Part shown: piece by piece, positions 1 to 12,714 of the stretch | Layout: every line of letters starts with the position of its first letter | Position numbering within the stretch: position 1 is the first letter of the stretch | DNA from: Octopus bimaculoides | Taxonomy: Eukaryota | Direction of reading: 5' to 3' | Length of the DNA stretch: 41,512 nucleotides | Assembly (NCBI RefSeq): GCF_001194135.2 | Contig: NC_068992.1 | Span: 18,467,276-18,508,787 of the forward strand | Translations under genes and position numbers: made by a program | Notes under the pieces: generated by a model | The model's database searches: none | What the model was told of the DNA's origin: nothing | Seen by the model: the letters and a program-made list of their open reading frames with translations, nothing else

Positions 1-58
<58 letters not shown>
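1..58. repeat. (GT)n microsatellite
   Basis: Pure GT dinucleotide run at the window start; explains ORF 3..188. Confidence 0.98.
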
Positions 59-61
<3 letters not shown>

Positions 62-1596
62 CAAACAGTCAAGTCAGCTATTCTTCAATAGTTTCCGATC
101 AAATGTGCTTATTTCTTCATTTCAATATTTCCAACAGAATATCACGCTAAGTATGGTCAGCAATTCCTTGTTGTATATCAATCATTAATAATTCATTAGT
201 CTTCTGTGATTGATTGGTATGAACGATTATGCATCGTACCAATGCCCGACCGTTTTTATTTGTGCCCATTTATCTCTTATCGTTATGTATCATGCTAGCT
301 TCTGTTTCCTCACTTGGTTGGGGTCGATATATTGCCTAGCAATTAATTATTGGAGATCGAAGTGATCAATTATACCTGCTTGTCAATAACTATAAAATAA
401 GGCTCCATAGATGGCAGAATGCGAAACGGTCAACAATCCATGTGATAGTCACTAACGGAATATTCTGGTTGAGAAAAAATGTCTTTATACTTGGGTGATA
501 CGTATGAATCGGCTATTTAACCCAATGAAGCTGACTTTCCCTTTCTCTAAAATATATAGCTTTATTCCAATATTATATAACAATAATATACACAGATCAT
601 TTTATTTCGCTATAACATTCCCCAACAGCAAGTGTCTGAGTGTCATTCTCAGAAATGAATAGGTTGTTATTTCTGAAGAATATAATTACGTTTCGATCCT
701 TCACATATCGGCACAATGGGAGACTAGATATTAAATTAAGTCTCACAACGTCCAATAATAAGATATTCCACTTATTCTAAGAGAGAGAATTCTCAAAATC
801 TGAAAGAAATACGTTGCAGAGGTGAAGATTAATAGATGCATGCATGTTATCTTTTGATTTCTTTCCTTGAAAAGATGCCTTGTCCGTTAAAGACTGGGGA
901 GAATAGTTTTGCTATATTATAAATCTCCATAGGTGTATAGCGCGAGGTATTGATTGAAGTAGCTAATTAAAGAGGTTATATCCCTGTGGTATAGGCGTAT
1001 TACAAATTGAAACACGATGAAAGGACAATTAACATTGATTTGATGCAAGAATGGTGAATATATAAGCTGAGCTGAGATTGAAGCAAATGCAATGCACAGC
1101 CAGTTGTGTAAGACAAACTATTGTGTTTCGATAACTTGCACAACATTTATATAAGATTTATTTCCATAAATATACGTTTCTGAATGCTCTTCAAAATCAC
1201 CCTAAACAGAAAAGTTTCAATTTCAATGTCATCAACTAATTATTCACTTGATTGCTCTTAATACGACTTTCGAATTAGTACATTACATTATGAGCGAAAC
1301 AAGCCACAAACAATATTCCTTCCATTGGTAAAATAGAGGCAGTTCCTCTCTATTTTTTTCCATAGAAAGAGCTTAACATGTATTGAGTACCCAAATGTAG
1401 TTGCTTCCATTAGTCAATTAGGCACAGACTATCTGGATATCGATCACTCGACCGAGAAATATATTAAATAAAAGTGACAAGGGAAATTAATGCATTTTAA
1501 TGGTAACATCCGGTAATTTCGTATGAGTCGCTGTTATACAAAAGACGTTTTGGTGAGAGTTGATCTTCAATTAAATTAAGGCTTATGAATATCATT

Positions 1597-1682
1597 TTCT
1601 TCTTCTTCTTCTTCTTCTTCTTCTTCTTCTTCTTCTTCTTCTTCTTCTTCTTCTTCTTCTTCTTCTTCTTCTTCTTCTTCTC
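1597..1682. repeat. (TTC)n microsatellite
   Basis: About 28 uninterrupted TTC units; explains the poly-F and poly-K ORFs. Confidence 0.98.
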
Positions 1683-2153
1683 CTTCACTCTTTTATATTA
1701 TTACTGTTGCTGCTATATTTATGCGTTTTCTCTTTTTATCTTCCTTCCTTTATTGCCGATTGTCGACGTTTCTAGATATTTCAGTTACAAAAAACAGTTG
1801 GCTAAGTCTGGTCTTGTTCGAGTTTTATGCTTGCAAGTATAAAATATGTCAGCATAGAGCGAGGAAATAATAAAGCAAAAGTTCCATTCGATTAGTGAAA
1901 GGAATCATGTAGAACAGTGTGTTTGCGAACGGTAGATAATAAAGAAGTAAGGACTTACTACGACAATTGCTATTGATCCATTAGCACATACACTGTTAAA
2001 TCTAGCCCGAATATGCTACCTGATTTATGTTCAAACAAACCAAATCCCAGTCTCTCACACCTACGCTACAATGTCATTCTAAAAAACAAGTCATCGCTTC
2101 ATCGAAATCTCAAAGCTACGAGATAATTCATGATTGATGCAAAACAATGTAAT

Positions 2154-2156
<3 letters not shown>

Positions 2157-2222
<66 letters not shown>
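2157..2222. repeat. Compound (CA)n(TA)n microsatellite abutting the mariner left end
   Basis: CA run, then TA run ending at the TA that precedes the mariner terminus. Confidence 0.95.
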
Positions 2223-2416
2223 CGAGGTCCTATCAATAAGTATCGAGACTGTTGCCATAGTAACGAAGCAAACGCGCGCAGACTGAAGCGGCTTGGTAGA
2301 GACTGATCTTCAAATCTGCTCTGCATGCACACGAAGTTTTAGAGTTTTACCGCACTTCCGTTGTTTACAGTAGTGCTTGGAAGGAAGGTGTGTAGCCTGT
2401 GATTGTCGCATTTAAC

Positions 2417-2845
2417 ATGACAGAGAAAATTGCCATGGTGATGCCTGCTCAAAGAACTACACAAAGCTACAGAGAGTATATGGAGCGGAGTGTATATGCC
2501 GAACACATGTGTACGAATATTTCAGATGTTCCCAAGATGACCGAAAAAATTGTCGATATTGATGAACGTTCTGGGAGAACCGCAACCAGCAGAGCGGAGA
2601 AAAGCATCGCAGATGTGCGTACAGCTGTGAGGATAAATCAATGAATCACCATCCGTGAATTATCAGACGAAGTGCAGATTAGATACGATTCAGTTCAGTC
2701 AGTTATTACTGAAGATTTTGGGTATGAGACATGTGTCTGCCAAGTTTGAGCCAAAACTGCATTCAGCTGACCAAAAAGACACTCGTGTTTCAATGGCAAA
2801 CGATCTCTTGATTGTGTCGAGAAGGACGAATACTGTTCGAAAATT
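2417..2845 (+). pseudogene. Mariner transposase N-terminal fragment (HTH region), frameshifted and truncated before the DD34D core
   Basis: Across frames reads YTKLQRVYGAECICRTHVYEYFR..DIDERSGRTATS..ITIRELSDEVQI..LGMRHVSAKFEPKL..DQKDTRVSMANDLL, matching the mariner ERSGRP and WVPKLL..Q..RV motifs. Confidence 0.85.
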
Positions 2846-2922
2846 CTCCGTAGGCGTCTGAGCAGATATCGCCAAGCTTCTGGCAAAATTCGATGCAGAT
2901 TGTCTGCTCTACTTTCGTGGTA
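2845..2922 (-). pseudogene. Second, inverted copy of the mariner transposase start
   Basis: Minus strand reads TKVEQTICIEFCQKLGDICSDAYGEF, matching the mariner N-terminus EQRxCIKFCxKLG. Confidence 0.75.
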
Positions 2923-3404
2923 AATGCGACGATTATACGCTACAGACGTTCCTTCCAAGCACTGCTGTAAACAGCAGAAGTGAGCTAGAACGCTAGCGAT
3001 GAAGGTCAATCTGTGCGAAGCAGTTTTACTCTGCGTGCTTTAACCTCGTTACTATGGTAACTGTCCGGATATTTGTTGATCAGGCGACGGTATATATGCA
3101 TTACTTTTGACAAAGTAATCTGAGAAGTAAAATATTTAAGATTAGTTGACACATTACGCATTAATCTTCAACAGCTTATGCTAACTAGTATTCCGATAAA
3201 ATAAACAGTGTTGATCGAAAACAAATTGGGAACTGAGACGCACTTGTAAGAAATCATTTAAATTAGTAGACCTTTCCTACATTGTATCTAAAACTATGGT
3301 GGAATATATAAGAATTATCCAAGTTATATGAACATTTTCCCTAATAAGATGCGTTTCAAAATAAAAATATAAAAGCATTTTAAACGTATGATTTCAGAAT
3401 GTTT

Positions 3405-3625
3405 GTGTGTGTGTGTGTGACTTAGTGTTTGTGCTGGTCCCTCCGCAAACGGTTAACAACTGGTGATATTTTCTCTACGTTCCCATAATTGAGTAGTTTC
3501 GTAGCAAGAGCCTCATAGAATGAATACCAACAATCTAAAAAACTCGTGGGATAGATTTGTTCGACAAAACCCTTCAGAGCAGTGGCTTAGTATGGCCGCA
3601 GTCCAATAATTGAAAGCAGTATGAA
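3405..3625 (+). mobile_element. SINE family A, 3' half (degenerate)
   Basis: A GT tract is followed by ...GATTTGTTCGAC..CCCTTCAGAGCAGTGGCTTAGTATGGCCGCAGTCCAATAATTGAAA, similar to the 3' part of the copies at 22525 and 30856. Confidence 0.7.
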
Positions 3626-4019
3626 ATTTAAAAAAAACCCAACATATGCGCAGTTACAAACACATACACTGACACCCACATATATACATTCATATATTTA
3701 CATACACACACACATACCAAGTTGTGAGAGTTATTCAGTTTTTGCAATGCCTATTCACTACAAGCTGCCGATATTTGTACGTTAGCACTCCTTTGATGTA
3801 GCCATGCAATTCAAATCAACGTTTAATCATTTTTTAAGTGTCTTCAGACAATGTTTAACCAGAATGCCCTAAGGCTGATACGTCTCAACCCTTCCTAAGG
3901 CCATTGTGACAATATTCTAAACCTACTCAGCAAGCAATAGTACGACAAACATCATTCAAGCATTCGAATTAATCCCCCTTTGCCTTCACTTTTCAACTAA
4001 CCATGCAATGCCACCTGTC

Positions 4020-4250
4020 TCACGCTGCTGTCAAAGCCAGAAGATATTGGGATAACGAAACTCAAGACCAGATCTCCCACTAACTGTCCTAGCAGGCTGC
4101 CTATGGGGCCGCTGCCCATGCAGTATACGCACATGCAACTTCTGGAACTGGAACTGTTAAGAAGAAGAGTTCGTGACCTGCACATGCTGCAACCATTGCT
4201 TCCACAGCAACGGACTAACTCGTTGGTGCATCTTACAAGGTATACCGAGT
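4020..4250 (+). mobile_element. Possible RTE-clade LINE C-terminal remnant
   Basis: YWDNETQD....AAYGAA followed by TCTCCNHCFHSNGL loosely resembles the RTE C-terminal WE..AQDR..W segment and CxxC..F.SR.GL zinc motif; stops and frameshifts present. Confidence 0.3.
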
Positions 4251-4419
4251 CACCCCAACAATGCGCTATCCGGTTGGCGTGTCTTGCCAAAAAATGCTCC
4301 CTCTACAACAGCTGCAGACTCTCCACAGCACTGCACAACCCGAAGGAAGCGTAATGCTGAAACTACTGCTGCAGTAAGGCCTTCACAACGTGCTCTGACA
4401 TTTATTTTTGTACATGCCA

Positions 4420-4720
4420 TTATTATGTTCGCCTTAGCGAAGGAGACGTTATTGTTTTCAGTCACGTTTCTTTGATTCTCCGTGGACGAGATATCTCAAT
4501 AACCGCTAAATGCATTCGGATGAAATGGATTCGGATGAAACTTTCAACGACGTTTGGTTTTGTGAGTGGCACGAACTGATTATATTTTGGAATAGATCCG
4601 GTATAGGACAAGGATTCTGGATTATCTTTCCTGTTTCTTTTTCTACTTTATTTGTGAGAGAGGTCGGGTTCATGTTTAGTATTCTCATTTGTGGGAGCAA
4701 TCGAGTTTATTTCAGATATT
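4420..4720 (-). mobile_element. Possible non-autonomous Helentron/HINE-like element
   Basis: Minus strand has GAAAGTTTCATCCGAATCC..TTGAGATATC..GAAAACAATAACGTCTCCTTCGCTAAGGCGAACATAAT, ending in a TTCGC/GCGAA hairpin, a terminal layout typical of HINE/DINE-1-like repeats. Confidence 0.35.
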
Positions 4721-5142
4721 CTCATTTTAAAAATGATCTCTGGTTAATCGTTGACTGGACGTTGGTATTGCCTTGGCAGAGGTTTGCACTCTCTGAATGC
4801 TCTTGTTCTATTTGCGTGTTTGCCATAAATATTTGCTTCCGATTATCATACACGACTTACATTGAAAAAAGCTTCAATGCAGTTGTGTCAGGCATTACGA
4901 GTAAAATAACTACATCCTACAAAAGGCTTCAGGTAAGATATAAGTTCTCCAATGACTACTGCGATTGCGATCTCATTTAATAGACTTTCATTTATTACTA
5001 AATGCCAAATTTGTGCTCGAAAGACTTTCTTCATTACATCGGTTGCTTAATACCATATCATAAACTGCTAACCATATTAGAAATTATATATTTTACGCTT
5101 ATCAACTTGAAACGACTTCTAACTGCGGGCTAATTCAACTTA

Positions 5143-5208
5143 ACCCGTCCAAAGGAATGCGCCGTTATAATGAATTACACCGTCTAAAGGACGGGTGCGT
5201 TTCCTAGT
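5143..5208 (+). mobile_element. Helitron-like 3' terminus
   Basis: Hairpin CACCGTC-TAAAG-GACGGGTG (5178-5197), 6 nt, then CTAG|T (5204-5208). ACCCGTCC at 5143-5150 is also inverted to GGACGGGT at 5189-5196. Confidence 0.4.
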
Positions 5209-5444
5209 GTATGTATATANNNNNNNNNNNNNNNNNNNNNNNNNNNTATACGACCTGTTTTTTTTATCTGAGGCTACCCGGGTCAAGCGTAGATTCTCTG
5301 AATGGAAACAAATTGTTGAACACCGAAAGTAAGCTCTTAAAACTGTGTATTCCAGGCTATTTGCTAAGTAAGATACTTTCATTTCAATATATTGGTCTCA
5401 AGAAAGAAAATTATATTAAAGTTGATATAGATATTGGTTGAACT

Positions 5445-5575
5445 ACTGATTTTTCACATCGACACATGGCCGCGAAATGTGAGGAAGATTAAAATCAATA
5501 ATGTTGATGTCTTATCGACCATGGAAGTAATAAACGCAAAGTCGACCTTCATGATATTCGAACACACAACATAAA
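5445..5575 (-). mobile_element. SINE family B, degenerate
   Basis: CTTATCGACC..CAAAGTCGACCTTC..ATTCGAAC is the reverse complement of the family B core and B box. Confidence 0.45.
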
Positions 5576-6249
5576 AAGGCATAAGACCGTAAGGAACGCT
5601 AATAGTTACTCTATAAATTTTTTCATCCCAATATCTTTAGGTAAAATTACAATAAAAAATATTTTACTATCTTCAACATGAAATATTGTATCTTATGTGA
5701 GTTTCAAAGTATCGTTAAATATCAACATATTTATTGTTAGCTTTAATAAACAGATATCAATCAATGCTCTTACATTATCGACCCTTGGAGAATGAAATGA
5801 ATAGTTAACTAAATACGTTTTAAACTAAAACCATAAAGAGGGGCAAATAAATACCACGATTTATTTAGTTAGGGGTCTTACTATTGTTAGCATTTTGCTG
5901 ATCGCATTTTATAATCCGAATATTTTATATATCAGAAAATATTCCTTAACCCCAAAATTTATTTAAGTTCCTGTCACAAAAATAACTTGTCTAACTACAA
6001 TATTTCTCTCAGACATATAGAAGGTTCCTAATTATTCTAGTGGCCGCGTTCATTACATATAAACATTAGGATACAAACGTATCAGGTCTTCCGAATTTTT
6101 TGTACTTGGCCGAGTCACCACAGGGATTTATTTAAACAGGCCAGCGAACTAGAGAATTTGCATCCTTGGTATGTTGCGGCTATTTCTCAGCGCTAACACT
6201 AACTTGACGTATGCTCTTTGTAATTAACTTGATTAATATTTCTAAATAT

Positions 6250-6430
6250 GAAGGCGGTGACCTGCCAGAAACGCAAAGTACTTAGTGGTATTTACATTCT
6301 GAGCTCAAATTCCACCATGGTTGACTTTGTCTTTCATCTCATCTTTTCAAGTTCGATACAATAAGTACTTAGTGAGTCCTGGGATCGATAAAATCGACAT
6401 AACGCTTCCTCAGGAATTGCTGGCATTGGT
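6250..6430 (+). mobile_element. SINE family B (tRNA-derived)
   Basis: AAGGCGGTGACCTGCCAGAA..CTGAGCTCAAATTCCACCATGGTTGACTTTGTCTTTCATC..GTTCGATACAATAAGTAC..GGGATCGAT. Confidence 0.75.
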
Positions 6431-6832
6431 CAATTGTTGAAACGTATATTTCTAAGCATAGCTTCTATTCATAGTTTTAAGCAATCGCTTCATATGAATA
6501 ATGTAACGTACACTTTATGACTTATTATGAAAATTATAGTATAAACTTAATAACTCGATACGCTAAATCTTCGAAGCAATGTCAATTTGTTTTCAGCAAC
6601 GCTAGGAGAAAATTTACGAATTACAAGTTAGATTCATCACAAATTAAAAAAAAATATATAACGTGTGGCATATTCTTGTGTTCCTTCAAAAGAAACCAGC
6701 GTATTATCCGCATTCATTTATTGTTCAGGGTATTGGTGTATATCGGTCTCTCAATATCAACTGTTTGATTAAGTCCGACAAATTTATTGATAGGCACTGA
6801 ATCAAAAAGCAGATAAGAAAGCGTCCATTTAA

Positions 6833-6883
<51 letters not shown>

Positions 6884-7344
6884 TTGAAGCTAGAAATGAA
6901 GCCACATAAAACAGGTTTCCTTATATATATTCTCCTTTTTCAATATAGAAAAGTATTACTTACACCAAACATTAACAAATATGGATTTCATATGTCAAAT
7001 AAACTAGCGGATAATGTATTAATTTCCGCATCGGGAGTCATATATGATACAATAGTTTAACTGCATCCCCTAAAACAGTGTATATGTGTAAACTACATTC
7101 AATTCTCTAAGTGATCAGATACAAATATAAAACATGGGTATATTTCATACCACATAATTTTATAGAGGAGTAAAGATCATCCCGAAATATCGTAAATATT
7201 CAATCGGTTCTTGATTGATATAAGATATAAGCGTTTTATTGAGCTGAAATTTGCTTGTATGCATACGTTGTGCATGTCTTCCTATACCTATCGTACATGA
7301 TATGATACACAGATTTATACCACCACCACTGCGGTAATATATAC

Positions 7345-7389
<45 letters not shown>

Positions 7390-7825
7390 NNNNNNNNNNN
7401 NNNNNNNNNNNNNNNNNNNNNNNNNNNNNNNNNNNNNNNNNNNNNNNNNNNNNNNNNNNNNNNNNNNNNNNNNNNNNNNNNNNNNNNNNNNNNNNNNNNN
7501 NNNNNNNNNNNNNNNNNNNNNNNNNNNNNNNNNNNNNNNNNNNNNNNNNNNNNNNNNNTATATACATATACATATATATGTATATATATATATGTGCGTG
7601 CATGTGCGTATGTGTGCGCGTGTGTGTGCGAATATGTATGTGTCTGACCATATGTATGTATTTATACGTGTGTCCATCTGTATAATATATCTAGTATGCA
7701 TCTGGTTATATTATTTTATGTGCTCGAGCATTCAGATGATAATTCATGTCAGTGTCGATGAGTGTGTATGTATATATGTGTGCATGAGTGCATGTGTGTG
7801 TGTGTGGGGGGGACATGTGTGTATT

Positions 7826-7868
<43 letters not shown>

Positions 7869-8379
7869 CGAGAGAGTTGGGGGCTGAGGATGATTCAACG
7901 CACTAAGGGATACTATCTATCCAATATACTGCTGGGAGGATGCCCAATTATTGTTACACTAGTGTTATACCAAGTGCAATAAATGGGAGCGGGAAAAAAG
8001 TGGGGGGAGTTACCCTAAATTTATATATCAATTAGAAAATGGAGGATAATATGCTGAATCCAACGACTTGCAGACAGTGTATCCCGTTGAATTCATTAAC
8101 TTAATTCATAGCTAAGGTGACAAAAAAGACCCACAGAGTACAGGTGTTTATGACAAACCATGTTATTTGGACAACCGGGTTTACAGATAAACAACATAAA
8201 ATACGAAAACAACGAGAGAAACATGCAATACATAAACAATGAAAGAAACAAATGGAAAACAAGACGTTTATCAATTGTCGGCTGTCCATCTACTCCTCAG
8301 TTCGAGCAATGAACGATAATATGAGTCTTCGAAGGGCAGTTCCCGCAAACCAAAATAAAATTTGGGATTTGCGGAGGTT

Positions 8380-8700
8380 CAAAATTTGTAACAAAAACTG
8401 GTCAGTAGAGACATACAAGGAAACCGAATGAAAACAAACATGAAGGGTCGTTAGAGCAGACGATGGTAAAATAGCGAACGCTGTGGAAATATTCTCTTTA
8501 ACGCACTGGTGAATCCAACACAGCGCATCAAAGAAGACACGGGTGGAACAAATTGTGGAAGACCTGAATTCTCTAGGCCTCGAACTCGAGCATGCTAAGG
8601 CCAGCACCATGGATAGGAAAGTGTGAAATAACATCATAGACACAGTTCGTCATCCAGCAGCATCCAAAGCAGCGTATTGGTCGAGATGCCAGCCTCTCTC
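8380..8700 (+). mobile_element. RTE-like LINE 3' coding remnant
   Basis: RADDGKIANAV...KKTRVEQIVEDLNSLGLELEHAKASTMDRKV*NNII resembles the post-RT RTE tail R.DD.R..K...K.W...V..DL..LG....A...DR..W; in-frame stops present. Confidence 0.5.
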
Positions 8701-10214
8701 TCCAGTCGCCAGTTATGGATTAGAGAGTATGGTATTTTGCAGAAAACCTCCTACTCTATATTTGGATGTACGTATGTAGATACACTTATATATACACATG
8801 TATATAAATATACTCACAAACATAATATATATCATTAACATACACGTAGAGGTATACTATTTTGTGTATATATGAGTGTGTGTACATGTGTGTGTGTGTA
8901 TTCATATATAAGCACACAGAGCTACACACGCGCTCGATCACATGTAGCTGCATGTGTGTATGCATCTGTTTTGTGAAGAGAGTGTTCTTACGTCTATTGA
9001 TTGTCGAAATGGAGTTGGATAATTACTTTTCTTTATGATTTCGTGTAGTAATTTAGATGGTAATAGGTTTGGTAAACAGCTGTCAGTTTAAAATTGCGTT
9101 GTTTATTCACGAATCTAAAAAGAAAAAAATGAGGATTGCAAATCAAAGTTAATAGGTTCACTCATTAAAGCTACCATGTTTTCTTTCATTGTTTCTACTT
9201 ACAACATTTAGATTTTCGTTTTTAGAGCCAGGTAAACTGTAATGAGCATAATAAACAGAAGCGAGTTGCCTATTTTATTTGGTGGGGTTCATAAAATATT
9301 ATCATACATTTACCTTTATGGTTTAATTACGGTTTTACGTTTTTTCGATGTTTCGAAGTTCCGTAAAAACTTAAAATAGTAAACAAATGAAATTATCTGT
9401 AAAATGAGCTGTTTGGACAGTGGAACAGTTTTATTTAGTTTGTTCTGCAATGAATATAATTCTCCTACTACGAATAAAGCTCCTCTCTTACGGTAAAAAT
9501 AAAAACGTATTTTGCTTTTCACGTAATTTAGTAATTTTACAATTTAAATGCTGTGCAACTAATATAAATTTCTTACATGTAAGCTGCCATCAAATCAAGA
9601 TAGTAATGTGATTTCCGTTCTCGATATAGAGTTATTTTGCCGAAATCAACTTATACACTGTTGAAGAGTTATCCCCAAAATACCCGGTTGTCTATTTTTA
9701 CAAAATTATAAAAAAACAGGCAGCAGTTATATAGATATACGTTTATATATTTCACTCCTGTGTATTTACCACTACAGTCAAAGAATCATAATAATTACTT
9801 AGTTTTTATTTATGTTCTCTATTTTCAGTAAGTTATATTATGAGAGGAAATGGCATAATTTATACCTGTTCAATGCTTCTCACTTCATCTGTCCTCAATT
9901 GTACATAATCAGAGATACGTATGAAGTTACGTAGATTATGATAAATATGTGGATTAATATTCATATATATTTATAATCTCGATGTGAAAGTCTTTAGTAA
10001 TATTTGTAATAAATTTATTCTACATTGTTCAAGTCTCATTTCAAGTTTGAGGTGTCCACTAAATCTTTGTATTCCTTACGAATTCTCATAAAAGCAGCTA
10101 TTAGATGTCTTTATTGCCTTTCTCAGCGTTTTTATTAAACTGTTATTCACATTGGTGATATTAAAAGTACAACTTCATAACAGAGAGATAATAAAGTAGA
10201 TAATATTCTGTTTC

Positions 10215-10440
10215 TATATTAGGCGCAAGCCCCCACACCTTAGTTCATCTAATTGGTTTCAAAGGTTGGCACAAGGCTAGAAAGTTCGGTGGGGGAGCAA
10301 GTGGTGTACATCGACTGGTACTTATTATATCGACCTCTAAAGGGATGGAAGAGAAAATCGACCACGGGGAATTTGAACTCAGAATTTAATGACACGAAAT
10401 CCCGCTAAACATTTTGCCCGGCATACTAACCTTAATCCAA
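10215..10440 (-). mobile_element. SINE family B
   Basis: TTGGTTTCAAAGGTTGGCACAAGGC..CTGGTACTTATTATATCGACC..ATCGACCACGGGGAATTTGAACTCAG..CCCGCTAAACATTTTGCCCGGC. Confidence 0.8.
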
Positions 10441-11089
10441 CCGAAGCATATATTTATTCAGGATCAGAAATTGCAATGGGCAGTGATTCTATAAAATATA
10501 TAAGTGGAGAGAATAGAATCTCATACACGCACACATACGTATATGCATGTTTTACAGTAAACTTCTGCAACATGTAAAAGATCCATGGCCTACTTGCTTC
10601 TTTAGCCTTTGTAGAAACAGTCAAGATCCCACATAGCATGAACAGTTTAGTATTTTAACTAAAGTGGATGTATAGTACCTAATTTATGCATTGGAAGGAT
10701 AAAAGATAAATACAAATTTAACGGTATGTAAGCACAGAATGCAAAGTAAAATGACTAGTCATTCATATCATTCTCTCCGCTGCACTAGCGCTGCTATTCC
10801 CACGCGATGAAATATTATTCAATTCATCCGCATGCAGATGATTCGACACTTCTTCGTCGGTATAATCAATAATATCAATACAACGTTTGCATTCTCCTTT
10901 TTGTTAACCTCGCAAACATGGAAGACATATTTCACCCTGGATACATTTGACCATTTACCACCAAAGACGATGAAAAAAATAATTAAATTAAGGTAATTAA
11001 ATGATATTTAGAGAAATAACCACATTATGAATGATATATTAAATCAAGGACAACCTAACTTATCGAACATGAAATGGATAATATAGATT

Positions 11090-11250
11090 ACAAATGTTGG
11101 CACAAAGCCAGCAATTTCTGGCCAAATGGTAAGTCGATTACATCGACATCACTGTTCAACTGGCACTTACTTTATCGCACCGAATGATGTAAGGCAAAGT
11201 CGACCTCGGCGGAATTTGAACTCAGGGCGTAAAGTAGATGAAATTCTGCA
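11090..11250 (-). mobile_element. SINE family B
   Basis: TTGGCACAAAGCCAGCAATTT..GTCGATTACATCGAC..AGGCAAAGTCGACCTCGGCGGAATTTGAACTCAG. Confidence 0.85.
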
Positions 11251-11324
11251 ATAATTGTGCTCAGGTCACTAATTGGCTTCTGTCAATTGGCTCCTTTTTT
11301 TTTTTGTTTTTGAAATTTAATAAT

Positions 11325-11505
11325 ATTTTCTGCTATAGGTACAAGGCCTGAAATTTGAGGAAAAGGAGTTAGTCTATTATATCGTTACTTAATTTATTGA
11401 TTCCGAAAGGATAAAAGGTATAGTCAACCTTGGTGGAATTTGAGCTCAAAACGTTAAGCAGTTTCGCTCAGTGTGCTAACGATTCTGCCAGTACGCCACC
11501 CTTAA
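11325..11505 (-). mobile_element. SINE family B
   Basis: GGTACAAGGCCTGAAATTT..CCGAAAGGATAAAAGG..GTCAACCTTGGTGGAATTTGAGCTCA..GTGCTAACGATTCTGCCAGTACGCCACCCTT. Confidence 0.8.
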
Positions 11506-12714
11506 TTAGAAACTGCTAATATTAATAAACATTGTGTTAGTTACCAATGTAACACTTATGACTTTTCCAAAGACTGAAATCTGGTGTGATTCACTATCCT
11601 ATAATACTCGGTCGTTTAAAATTATGAAAAAGAATGATATACTAATTTGGAAATCTGCGGCATCTAAACTTTCTTAAGATAATTTAATATGAATCCTTTG
11701 TGTATTCAAATAACTTTGTAAAAGAACTAAAAGTAGTTCAAGTTCTCTAAGCCCTGTGGCATAGAGACCTAGTTCTAGATTTAGATTTTGTTACGACGAA
11801 TTTGGATACAAAGTAATAAGAGAAATAAACTGAATTTTATTTTTCGTTGCCTTCTCTTGATTCATAAACACATAAAAAATACAAACTCTCATTGGCATTA
11901 AACCACTCTTCCTTTAATCGCAGTAGGTTTCCCCCCCACTATCCCAGAAGACCACTCAATTTAATTATGTTTTTCACTGGAACTGGCGACCAAGGCATAA
12001 TTTCAAAATTTACATCCCCCAAAGTTTATGTACCATTACACCACACACTCTCACACACACAAACATATATATATATATATANNNNNNNNNNNNNNNNNNN
12101 NNNNNNNNNNNNNNNNNNNNNNNNNNNNNNNNNNNNNNNNNNNNNNNNNNNNNNNNNNNNNNNNNNNNNNNNNNNNNNNNNNNNNNNNNNNNNNNNNNNN
12201 NNNNNNNNNNNNNNNNNNNNNNNNNNNNNNNNNNNNNNNNNNNNNNNNNNNNNNNNNNNNNNNNNNNNNNNNNNNNNNNNNNNNNNNNNNNNNNNNNNNN
12301 NNNNNNNNNNNNNNNNNNNNNNNNNNNNNNNNNNNNNNNNNNNNNNNNNNNNNNNNNNNNNNNNNNNNNNNNNNNNNNNNNNNNNNNNNNNNNNNNNNNN
12401 NNNNNNNNNNNNNNNNNNNNNNNNNNNNNNNNNNNNNNNNNNNNNNNNNNNNNNNNNNNNNNNNNNNNNNNNNNNNNNNNNNNNNNNNNNNNNNNNNNNN
12501 NNNNNNNNNNNNNNNNNNNNNNNNNNNNNNNNNNNNNNNNNNNNNNNNNNNNTGTGAACATGTCGCGATCTCAAAGCGACGAAAATATTTTGACAAATTA
12601 AATTTAAATGTTGAAGTGAATCTAAGGGTTTTTGTATGTTATTTTAAATGGCTTATAAACACCTTCCACGCTGCAATTGTATATATATATATATAATAAG
12701 AAACAGAAGTTAGG

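Larger units (their letters stand above)
2221..3092. mobile_element. Non-autonomous mariner (Tc1/mariner) element with about 270-bp inverted arms (5'-5' foldback)
   Basis: Left end TA|CGAGGTCCTATCAATAAGTATCGAGACTGTTGCCATAGTAACGAAG is the diverged reverse complement of the right end CTCGTTACTATGGTAACTGTCCGGATATTTGTTGATCAGGCGACGG|TA. A second block, CACTTCCGTTGTTTACAGTAGTGCTTGGAAGG (about 2353-2384), matches CCTTCCAAGCACTGCTGTAAACAGCAGAAGTG (about 2951-2982). TA lies at both ends. Confidence 0.85.

Noticed and set aside
4510-4980. 156-aa hydrophobic ORF
   Set aside because: No recognisable family motif; overlaps a probable minus-strand repeat; hydrophobicity is explained by T-rich composition.
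8050-8370. Possible Penelope terminal repeat or hammerhead on the minus strand (CGAAGACTC..GACAGCCGACAATTGATAAAC)
   Set aside because: Catalytic core is not intact (TTGATAA instead of CTGATGA) and no stems can be drawn; probably an unclassified old repeat.
11890-12081. Possible second HINE-like element before the gap
   Set aside because: Only vague motif similarity and the end is lost in the gap.
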